A stretch of DNA of 26,219 nucleotides, from NCBI GenBank assembly GCA_001179505.1, contig CDMY01000733.1, positions 1 to 26,219 of the forward strand, written 5' to 3'. Both the position numbers and the translations under genes were made by a program. A model generated the notes under the pieces. It did no database searches. It was not told where the DNA came from and was given only the letters and a program-made list of their open reading frames with translations. The DNA comes from Vitrella brassicaformis CCMP3155. Lineage: Eukaryota > Protista > Chromerida. Below are positions 1 through 10,029 of this stretch, piece by piece. Each line of letters starts with the position of its first letter. Position 1 is the stretch's first letter.

Positions 1-779
1 CCCTCAGACATTAATCGCTGCTGTGATGGCTCCCTCACTCACCCACTCACTAACTCACGGACGCGAGACAGACAAGAGACGATGAAACAAACGCACAGAT
101 TACAAATTAGACATACGTATAGACATGTGTTCAACGTTTTGTATACCGCCGTTTGCTGGGCGTGATTGATCCACTGTTTCCCTATCTGTGTCGGTATCAC
201 CTCACCTCATGGACACGACACAGGTGAGTGATTTTCGCTCGTCTGACGGGCCGCCAGAGGTATTGCTTCAAGCAAGTCTTCGTGCTACGCCACTCCACGC
301 ATACATACATACGGGTGTGCTATCACTTGCAAGAAAACCGTCTCATGCCATACACTCCCTTGTCTCTGCCCCGCCCGCCCCACCCTTGTCAGTCAGAGGG
401 AAAACTGCACTTGTCACGCATCCATCCATCCGTAGAGGCACCACATCAAAAAGGCCATACGCGGACACGTAAGAGTCTTAGAGAGCGCACTTATTACACT
501 TGGTTAATGTAATGTACATACATATTCAGCCATCTCTCTCGCTGGCTGCGCTGCGGACAGACGGGCATTCCCATGGCATGGCCCCTCTCTTCTTGGACAC
601 TACTGACTGCACAACCGCCACAACGACTTAGACTAGACTGAGTGCAGGCAGTCGGCCAGCCAATCGTTGGCCAGCTACAATGCGCACACACGTCAATCAC
701 TCCACTCTCTCCCCCGACCGAGAGACAGACAGACAGACAGACAGACAGCAGCCAGCGGTCCCTGCTGCCTGCCTGGTAG

Positions 780-1396
780 CTAGGGCAAGAACTTGTCCCA
801 TTTTGAGCCTGAGTATGAGTCACGCTCTGCAATACCACACACGCATACACACGCACCACACACGCACCACACAAGTGTCCATGTCGGCGCTCCTGTCGTG
901 TGTGTGTGCGTACTGATTGATCTGTCCATCAGCCATATATACCGCGCACTCCATTTCTTGTACCTGCATCGCATCATGTATGGCAGCATGACAGACCACT
1001 GCATCGCATGACCTGCGCCAGCCTGCCAGGTACCTGATGGCGGCAGCGACGAAGCGCGGCAGATTGATGATGAACTTGAAGGTCAGACCCAGGGTGAGGT
1101 CGGCATCGGGACCGCCTGTGATCTCCTCCATCTCGTCGCTCGCTTCCTCGGCCTCGCGGTAGGCCTCCTGGATCTCCTCTGCCAGCGTCCCCACCCGTAT
1201 CCCACCACTGGCCGCCTTGTCCTTGTCCTTCAGCTGAAGGCGCAAGAGAGCAGCAGGCGGCTGTCGTCGAGTGATGAGGTGCGGACGTAGGAAGGAGGCC
1301 CTCCGGTCGGCCCTGGCGGTCGGCGCGATACGACAAACAGCCAAAGCCGAGGAACACCGAGGCAACTATGACCGTCCACACCCGTTTCAGGAACAT
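780..1396 (-). CDS. Small hypothetical protein (~150 aa), probable bipartite signal + transit peptide, with an apparent 1-nt frameshift near 1299-1313
   Basis: The ATG at 1396 opens a signal-like MFLKRVWTVIVASVFLGFGCLS. A neighbouring frame reads ADRRASFLRPHLITRR...LKDKDKAASGGIRVGTLAEEIQEAYREAEEASDEMEEITGG...FIINLPRFVAAAIR. Phase-consistent GT-AG exons 963-914 and 826-780 continue YKKWSARYIWLMDRSIKRDSYSGSKWDKFLP*. The 5' structure is uncertain. Confidence 0.5.
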
Positions 1397-1758
1397 CGTA
1401 TGGCTTCACAATCATCACTTGCTATCTTGCACCTCGTCTGTCGTTCAAGGGTTAGAGTTCAAACCCAAACCCTGTTGAATGATTGCACCCACCATCATCG
1501 CCACACACAGGGGTACAGTGAGTCTTGCACTGGTCACGAACAACACAATGGGAACAACACACCCACACACGCATGGCACGTCATCAGAGAAGGCGCCTGA
1601 CTGGCTGGCTGGCTGGCTGGCTGGCCGGCTGGCTGAGACACGCAACACGTGCCTGCACCCTCTCAGCAAGACAAAGGGTTAAGCGTCAACACACAAGAGG
1701 GGCTGCCGTCTCTTGAAGACCGCTCGCAGACACACACACACACACGTGCGTCCGCTGG

Positions 1759-3767
1759 TCAGAACCTCATTGACGCCATGCCGGGCGATCGTGTTGGGAA
1801 CTGGCCGGGCAGTGCTGTCGAACCACCACCGGCGAACACACGGCCTGAGCACGCAGGACAACAGGCAAGCACAAAGTGGCGAGGCCGGCCTGCCTGCCTG
1901 CCTGTCTCAACACAGGAGCAGCTGCAGCGTGTCTCTTGCTTGCGTGACTGACCGATGCCCCTCCTCTGTTCGACTTTTTTGTCCTGTTCCTGTTTGTGTG
2001 CGCTGAACCGCCGGCCAATGTCGGCGTCGCCGCCGCCGAACTTCTCGATGAACGATCGCACGTCACCCGCGTCACTCCCCGCAGCTGACCAGTGGACCGA
2101 CGGATGCATGGAGGCACGCCAGACAGACAGACAGACAAGAGAATGGCCAGACTCTCTCTGTCTCGTGTTTGTGTCCCTGACTTTAGCGGCCCGCCCACGT
2201 GCGTACCCTTGAGGAAGTCGAGAAGGTAGAGCAGCTCGTGGTCGTCGGGGTCACCCGTGAACTCGCGAACCAACACGCCGTTGTCGGGCTGCAGCTGAAG
2301 AACGAGAAAAGATACGCGGACACACACCAGGGAGTGGGGGCGGTTTGCCCTGTGTGTGTGTGTGTGTGTCCTTGGTACTGACCGAGAAGGCGACGCGGTC
2401 GTGATCGAGGATGATCATCTTGTCGGCCCGACGACCCAGACGGGAGATGTCCTGATCAGTTAGTGGCCAGACACACACGCCAATCAACGACAGACAGACA
2501 GACCAGAACTTGCGATTGCGTGAGTGTCTGTTTGTTTGCACACCCACAGGCGCGTGCCTACCTTGATGTAACCGTATCTCCGCCTCTTGCAGAACTCCCG
2601 GTGCAGCACCCCAGTGACGGGGATCGCCCACTTGGCTATCACGTCCTGAGCCACCTGCAAATACACAGATATACATACAGACAGACAGCGGGCACAGTCG
2701 TCTACAGTATCATGCTTGCGGCTCTTGTTGCAGGCGAGCTTACAGGAAAGTTGTCGTCGGACCAGATGACAAGCTCGAAGTATCTGCTGAGCTCCTGCAG
2801 GAACTGATCCGCGTGCGGTCGCTTGATGCACCGCCAGCCTTGCAGACGCTACACAACCAACACACCACACCACCAGCCACACATAAACTAATGGGCGTCG
2901 GTCTGCCTGTGTGTGTGCTGCTTACATCATGCTCGAGGAAAGCCAGTGTTTTGTTGAGGTCGAGGATGAGTGTGGGCACAAAGTCGGGGATCTCGAGCTT
3001 CTCCTTCTCTATCAACAGAGGCTCGTTGCCCTCGGGAGCCAGCTGAACGAACACACACACAGCAAACACACACAGAGCACAGCAGCTGGCCGTGACGCAC
3101 ACCGCTGTGTCATGTTGGACACGTGACTGACCTTTTCGACGATGTACTTGTCGAACCAGTCCCTCGAGTAGTCATTCCACACCTCAAACCGATCGTTGAG
3201 ACGCCGACAAAACTCTGCACACACAATGCAGCGCAACACCCACCACACACACACACAGAGCCATGCGATCCGATGGTTGAATGATCCACCCACCCTCCCA
3301 CACACACGGACACAGGAGCCATGCCATGTGGGGAGGTGGGCGTGAGTGAAGTAACCACCAGGCTACCTACCTGTCCATGTGAGCTCCGTCGACAAGAAGT
3401 AGAGATAAAAGCCCGCCGCCGCCCCGGTCCCCGCCGCAGCCACCAGCACGCCCCGCAACAAAGTCGGACCCCATCCTGCCTTCCCTCCAACCTTCTTCCC
3501 TCCAGGTGGTACCGAAGGGCGAGGCTTCACAGGGGTGGCAGCGGCATCGGGAGCGGCTGCCGGCTGCTCTGGGGGGTCCGACTGAGCAGTGGAGGACGAG
3601 AAGGGCCTCATGCGGTGGGAGGGGAGGAGGGGGGATGCATGCCGCCCTGCGTGTGTGGCGAGGAGGGGCCTTGAGAAGGTCCTCAGAGATGTGGTGGGGA
3701 GCGTGGGATTGCAGCTGCAGCCGGTGAGCGGTGCTGCAAGGAGCCGAATCGCCTGCCGACGGCTCAT
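1759..3767 (-). CDS. TIM50: Mitochondrial import inner membrane translocase subunit Tim50 (FCP1-like/HAD-fold domain), 9 coding exons
   Basis: Exons 3767-3371, 3214-3132, 3042-2926, 2848-2744, 2654-2562, 2451-2383, 2294-2207, 2084-1953 and 1844-1759 splice in phase. The product has an Arg/Ser-rich presequence (MSRRQAIRLL...), a TM segment (GVLVAAAGTGAAAGFYLYF), then PTLILDLNKTL, GWRCIKRPHADQFLQELSRYFELVIWS, KDISRLGR..KMIILD and QPDNGVLVREFTGDPDDHELLYLLDFLK, all typical of Tim50. Confidence 0.92.
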
Positions 3768-3778
3768 CGCACCTGCAC

Positions 3779-3865
3779 CTGGGGAGTCACACACCAGGAG
3801 AGGATGCATCGATGGGTTTGAGCGAAGATCTATGAAAATGCAGCCCTCTCTGCCCATCCCATTAC
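3779..3865 (-). other. Probable 5'-UTR intron of TIM50
   Basis: Donor ACAG|GTAATG at 3865 and acceptor CCCCAG at 3779, just upstream of the ATG at 3767. An alternative AG lies at 3773. Confidence 0.55.
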
Positions 3866-3914
3866 CTGTCAGAGCGTTGCGTTAGGCCCAAGAGAGGAGG
3901 GATTTCGCTGCCTC

Positions 3915-3924
3915 TAAGCTCGCA
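3915..3924 (-). promoter_or_regulatory. TGCGAGCTTA motif upstream of TIM50
   Basis: Plus-strand TAAGCTCGCA lies about 50 nt upstream of the 5'-UTR intron donor, in the same sense orientation as at the other genes. Confidence 0.5.
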
Positions 3925-5483
3925 CAGGCTGAGGAGGCGAGGGCCGCTCGTCGCTAGTCGCCCCTTCCTGACGGACCCCTGCACGAGATTTGCTGTCCGT
4001 CCCACCCTGTGCCGAGATCTGTCCTCCGGCGTCTGCGTTGCCGTCTGAGTTGTGTGAGTGTGCGTGCGGCCGTGACGACAGGCAATGGTGCAGCTGCGGC
4101 GCCGACTGCACTTGAACACCGCAGTGGTACGCAGGCAGGCAGGGCTGCCTGTCTGCCTGTCTGTCTGCTCGTGGTTTGTGTGCCATGCAGGTGTGCTTGT
4201 CTGGTCGGTTGACGATTGGCTGCTTCTGTGAGATAGGTCGGCCGATGTGTCGACGACTGACAAGACTTAACTGAATGTCTTTGTCCCGGCCGGTTTATGG
4301 TCGCCCTTTTGTCGCGGGCGCGTCTGCATTGCAATTGGTCGGTCGGGCCGGTCTGTCTGGATGGATGGATGGATTTGTGCCCTGCACTGCCTGCTCATCC
4401 TGATCGACAAGACTACCCGCTGACCGACAAGACACTCGGTGGACAAGACACTAGTGTCCTGCCACCCGGCGCATCGGTGGGTGGACGCTGATGTTGTGCC
4501 TGTGTGCCACAGACTGTTCTTATGTGTGTGTAGCAAGGAGAGAGACAACTGAGAGAGAGGATGCCGCTTACCTTTCACGTGCATTTGTGTGTTTGTGTGT
4601 CAGTCTGTCTGTCTGCTCACTGCATCTCACCGCCACACACACCTGGATGGATGCAAAGTGAGCGGTATACTTATTGGCAACTTCAGCATTAACCGCCGTC
4701 TTCGTGAGTCTCTCACAGTCGTCACAAGCAGTCACACGGCATGCGTCCCGCGCAGCATCACAACACCTCACCACAGAGAAACCAGCCAGCCAGCCAGCCA
4801 CCCAGCCAGACAGTCCGATGCGGGCATCAAAGACAGCGTGGCGGTACGTACGATGTAAGCAACCCACACCGAGCTTCCCTCCAGTGCACACACACACCTT
4901 GGCACACTTCTGTCTGTGTATAAATACATCAGCACACCACACCAACACCATGAATGAATGAATGAATGAATGCATGCAGCCAGCGGCAGCACACGCTCAG
5001 CTATCGAATTCCACGCTCACTCCACTACGAATCCCAGATTGGTGTGCTTAGCACAGCAACAAGGGCGAGAGAGAGGGGTGGGAACACTGACACGTCCACA
5101 CGTGGTAGAATCCATCCATCCATTCATTCATCCAGTGAGGCATGCAGCGACGCGAGAAAAGAAACGCCATCAACAGAGAGTGGAGGGGGTCATGGTGAGA
5201 GGGCCGGGCTGGTTGGTTTGTGCGTGGAATGACACGGGGAGTGATTGCTTGATTGAGTGACGGACGGCTGGCTGACTGACTGACTGACTGACCATGAGGG
5301 AGGGAGGGAGGGAGGGCCCATCACACTCACCACGTCTTCAAAAGAAAACAGAACAAAACAATACAATACAATAAAATACGGGTACGAGAACCGCAGAAAA
5401 ACACAGGCGAGAGAAACCAAGAACCGCACGAAAGAGAAAGAAAAACAAACACGGCCACCAACGCAAAGACGAGAAGAAACACG

Positions 5484-5560
5484 GACGGCTGCAGAGCTCT
5501 GCAGCCGTCTGGATGAAAGCAAACAAAAACCAGACGCCTACAGAACAGAGAGGCGTCTGG
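5484..5560. repeat. Two adjacent inverted repeats: a perfect 26-bp palindrome and a 10-bp-stem hairpin
   Basis: GACGGCTGCAGAGCTCTGCAGCCGTC (5484-5509) is its own reverse complement. CCAGACGCCT (5530-5539) pairs with AGGCGTCTGG (5551-5560) around an 11-nt loop. Confidence 0.9.
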
Positions 5561-6938
5561 ATAAAAAGAAAAACCAAAGAGGGAGGCTACCAGCGCCCCG
5601 AGAAAACGGAAAGCAACCAGAAAGGTACCTACGTGTAGTGAGTGAGTGAGACTGCCCCGATGTCAGATCAGCCACTTACTTATGTGGCCAGTATGTATCA
5701 GCCCGTCAGCCATTGTCCTGTCATTCCTTCTCTCTCAGTGGTGCCCACCCCGCCTCAAAATGGCGGCCCTCCATTCTCAAGGCAGATACAGAGACAGACA
5801 GATACACACACAGACAGACAGGCAAACGGCCCACGCACCTTGAAAAAACACCGCACGGCCACGCAACGATGTGTGTATAGGCGCAGTGTGCTAAAAGCAA
5901 AGAGGTACGTATCTCTCCCATTCCTCGGTGCGGGCAGCCACCCACTGTACAACGGCACAAATGCATGACGGACGGACGGACGGACGGACAGACTGACAGA
6001 CCAAACGGCATACACGTTGAAAAAACGCCAATGCACTCCACGCAGCGATGCGGTATGGAGTCAGTCAGTCAGTCAAGTATGCAGCTAGCTAGCTAAGCAG
6101 GCCGGGCACCGCTCTCCCTTTACCCACACACGCGGCCCCGGCACTAAAACTTATCTGCCGCCACACACACTGCCCTCCCGCCCCGCCCCACCCCGAGACA
6201 CACACACCCCACCCCACCCCACAAACACAACACAACACAACACAGTGCGAGCAGCAAGCATGACATAATCACGACGCAAATGGGAGAGAGAGTTCACGGC
6301 AATAAATCACAGTAAAGGCACCCATTCTTGCAGCCATACCGCTATGTATCGTGGGAGAAATACAGGCAGTGCAACGGTAGGTAATACAGCCAGACTAAGG
6401 GTAAATTGCACGACAAACACACGCGCATAAATGAATGACATCGACCGACAAAGAGGCACAACTACACACAAAGGAACGCACCCACAACAAAGAGGGTCCA
6501 TGCGACAGCTATCTATGTAGACGCACGCTCCTCTGGTTGGACTGGACACCACACCATGCCATGGTGGGCGCGGTGCGTGTGTTTACTCTCAAGAGAGAGT
6601 GACCATGGCGACTGTGGGTGACCGCTTCTCTCCCTCTCTCTCTCGCCCGCTCTATCCCTCCGACGGGGCCGTCTGTCTGTCTGTCTCTTCGGTAAGTATC
6701 AGTCCACGGATGCAGTGAGGGAGCAAGGTAGTCAGTATCTATCGTCCGTCTATCTGTGTGTGCGGGGGAGGCAGGCAGGTACTGTACATGCAGCCAGCCG
6801 GACAGCCGGTAGTAAGGCAGCCACTCACATACGAGTGTCTGTATAGCTATCCCGGCACCCATCCATCCATCCATCCATATCATGTCCCTTTCCCTCTCTC
6901 CCTCCCACCACACACTCGCCTCTCATCCACTCAGCCAT

Positions 6939-8364
6939 TCACTGGGTAATTCGCACGCTCCTGACCGTCTTGGGCTTCCACGTGCTGATGGTGGCGTTGG
7001 CCGCACTCACATACGCCTCTGCCGCAGTGCACCGCCGCACCGTCTTGACCATGTTGTACCCCTCACACACCAACGAGTGGCCGTCGCCACGGACGAACGA
7101 AGTGGACGCCACTGCAGCGCCATCCTGGGGCTCGTCGGCAGGGGCCTCGTTCTGGCCGGGTGTGATGGGCTGCTCGTCCCCCTTGGGCTCGTCAACGATC
7201 TGACAGACCAAACAACGAAGGCAACCGCAGCCATCATCAATCCATCCCGGTGTTGTGTTATCATGTGTGTGGGTCGGCCTCACTCATTCCCTCACCTGTG
7301 CAGAGCCGTCGTTAGCCTCGTCAGCGATGCCCTCCACCTCACCCACCATGGCCACACCGTCGTCGACGGCATTGATGCCGTCGACCGCCATTGGCGTCGA
7401 CTCACACACACCGCTGTTGTGCTGGGAGGGGGCGGGGAGGGGGTAGGGAGCACCAACAGACACGTGGAGCGCCGCAGCGTCCGGCAGGTGAGCATGAGCG
7501 GCTTCTACGATGGCACACGAACGGCCCTCGTCAGCACAACGATACACCTGAAGACAGACAGACAGACAGACCCAAGGACCAACACAACACACACGTGCAC
7601 CCACCATATGCTAATCTCATGTGCGGAGTCGCCCTCGTTCATTCCCTCACCTGTGCAGAGCCGTCGTCAACCTCGTCAACAACACCCACTACGACAACGG
7701 CATCGATGGTCCCCAACCCATCGCCACCATCCCCCCCACACCCACCCTCGCCAGCAGCCCTGCTACCCTCCTGCACCACCCCTCGGCGGCTCGTGTCGTG
7801 CTGTGTCGTCAGGCGGGGGGCGGGGGACGGGGAGGGGGACACACGCACTGCCGACGACTGACGGTGCGAGGCTGACTTGTCCGCACCCCCCGCTACACGC
7901 CCCTTGGCGCCCACACGTGTGCCCTTCGTCACGCTGGCGCGGGTGGGCGGCTTGGCCGGCGGGGCCTTGCGGGCGACTGGACACAGTCGAGCTCCGCCGC
8001 CGCCGAGCTTGGGGTTCTTCTGCAACATCTCCCGATACCTCCTCAGATCCTCCTCCTTAGCCCTCTGGTGTGCCCTGGCCTTGGCCGCCGCCCTCTCCCT
8101 CTGGCGCACAGCCGCTGCCGCCATATGCTGATTGACGTCAGGTCGACTACTGGGCGGCTTGCTGCCGATGCATGCACCGCTGCCGAGTCCTGCAGGCCGC
8201 TGAGGACGGCACTGGTGGCCACTGCCGTGATGCTGCGCCTTGCTGCTGTTGCCGGGGGGTCCTGTGCGTGGGAAATACATGCCGCAGCCCATGTAGCTTG
8301 CGCGCCCCGACAGTCCATAGTCCGCCGGGAGACCGTTCTTCTTCACCGCCGGCGGCGGCGGCAT
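6939..8364 (-). CDS. Hypothetical protein (~382 aa), basic N-terminal half and acidic C-terminal half
   Basis: ATG at 8364 in a CCGCCACCATG context. In-phase exons 8364-7849, 7770-7651, 7547-7296 and 7199-6939 have GT-AG boundaries. I recognise no domain. Confidence 0.6.
7284..7667. repeat. Internal duplication of an exon 3' end plus splice donor
   Basis: The 29-mer TCATTCCCTCACCTGTGCAGAGCCGTCGT is identical at 7284-7312 and 7639-7667, and weaker similarity extends into both exons. Confidence 0.85.
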
Positions 8365-8490
8365 GGTGGCGGATACGCAAACCACGAAACGAAGAGAGAA
8401 CTTATCAAACGCTGGCAACGGCTGTGTTGCTGCCTGCCTGCTCTTGCCCCGATTTTCTCCTTTTTCTCGTCGTTTTCTCTCATCCGCAAG

Positions 8491-8510
8491 TGCGAGCTTC
8501 ATAGCTCGCA
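8491..8510. promoter_or_regulatory. Inverted pair of TGCGAGCT motifs in the divergent promoter between the hypothetical gene and RPS19
   Basis: TGCGAGCT (8491-8498) and AGCTCGCA (8503-8510) lie in the 253-bp gap between divergent ATGs at 8364 and 8618. The same 8-mer recurs upstream of other genes in the window. Confidence 0.6.
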
Positions 8511-8617
8511 TTGGATCGCGGCGGGGAGCGCACACCCTGAACGAAGGTGAGGGCGCGGTTCGCGCGAGAGGGTCAGTGCGATACACTCCTGAAAGATCGG
8601 TGAAAGATCCGTCGTAG

Positions 8618-8810
8618 ATGTCGGACATTGCGACGCTGAAGGCCATCGGCCTCAAGTGCAATGTGCACGGTGTCAAGGACGTGGCCGCCGAGACCTTCAT
8701 CCACGCCTACGCCAAACAGCTCAAGCGGTCCGGCAAGCTCGAGATCCCCGAGGTGGGTGCGTTGGGGAGGGAGGAGGGAGGGGTGGGAGGGAGGGAGTGG
8801 AGGCTGTGCA

Positions 8811-8841
<31 letters not shown>

Positions 8842-9375
8842 TGTGTTCAGTGGGCGGAGTACGTCAAGACGAGCCACGGGAGGGAGCTGGCGCCGTATGA
8901 CCCTGACTGGCTTTACGTCAGATGTGGTATGTATGGGCAAGGCAACGGAGGAGCGACTGACTACACCATGAGGATGCAAGGATGGGTGGAACCATGTGCC
9001 TCTTGTCGTGTGTGTGTGTGTGTGTGTGTGCAGCTGCCATCGCCCGTCGGGTGTACATCCGTCCGGGCATGGGTGTGGGTGCGTTCAAGAAGGTCTTCGG
9101 CGTCAAGAAGAGGCGGGGCGCGCAGCCCGGCATCTTCACCAAGGCATCCGGCAAGATCAACCGATACTGCCTACAGCAGCTCGAGAAAATGAACATCGTC
9201 GAAACGGACCAAAAGGGGTACGCCGAGCCCGACGCACACAGACATACATTCTGCGTGATGCCTGTGTGTGGTGATAATGTGTATGTGGTGTGTGTGCAGC
9301 GGTCGTCGGATAACAAAGGAGGGCATGCGGGAGCTCGACACCATCGCTGTGCAGACGGGCGGCGCCGACGAGTGA
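8618..9375 (+). CDS. RPS19: 40S ribosomal protein S19 (eS19), 4 exons
   Basis: Exons 8618-8752, 8851-8926, 9034-9217 and 9300-9375 give [61 protein letters not shown]...GGRRITKEGMRELDTIA, which matches the S19e signature. Confidence 0.97.
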
Positions 9376-10029
9376 TGGTGGCCAACGCGCAGTGGGGAGT
9401 GTTCGGCCTTTGTCATGCCGTGTGACCACGTGCCTGTGGTTAACAACCATGTGAGCCTGTTTGCGTCGATCGACTGATGGCTGCCTGCCGACCTACATGC
9501 GTGTGTTGATGTGGGACGACTTTCATCCATGTCATGTGTGCCTACATGGCCCCCATCAGTCATTCATTCAATGTGTGCGCTTTTGATCCACCACGTCGAG
9601 TAGCGGTGCGACAGATCGGTCACTCATGATGAGAGTGTCGACAGGACACCGACCGACACAGATGAATGGAAAACTCGACAGACAGCTCAAAGCCGACAGA
9701 CAGACCAGACGAAGACAGGAAGGCCCAAACCACATCGCACAACCAACTCGGTGCGCTGGCCCTCGATGGAGCGAACCAAGTGCGTTGCCTGACGCGCCTG
9801 AAGCCTTCTTGTGTTCCTAGCTGGATGAGAGAAACGCAGTTACATCCATGTCAAACTGCATGAAAGGGGGATCTCTACAGGTCAGGTGCGGCAAGGCAGG
9901 CAGTGTGTGTAAAACATCACTCAGTCGTTCCATGCAGTCAGTCGCTGTGAGTCGTTGTGAGCCAGCTGGCTGCAGCGACCAATCGACCAATCGATCAGTC
10001 GGCTCTCCCATTGCCTGCCCCTTCATCCA

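Noticed and set aside
1845-1952. The last TIM50 intron is 108 nt, in frame and stop-free, so it could be retained
   Set aside because: This is common by chance in short GC-rich introns. It has canonical splice sites and microsatellite content.
2926-2975. TIM50 has DLNKT instead of the DxDx(T/V) phosphatase motif
   Set aside because: Degeneration of this motif is normal for Tim50 proteins and is not novel.
6882-8060. 392-aa plus-strand ORF
   Set aside because: It is the antisense shadow of the minus-strand gene, runs through microsatellite introns and has no protein-like features.
8618-8670. N-terminal extension on RPS19
   Set aside because: Short N-terminal extensions are usual in alveolate eS19 and are not distinctive.
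9626-9792. ATGATGA...CTGA resembling a box C/D snoRNA between RPS19 and NOP58
   Set aside because: The span is too long, there is no terminal stem or recognisable rRNA guide, and the boxes are short enough to occur by chance. I also saw no convincing snoRNA in NOP58 introns.
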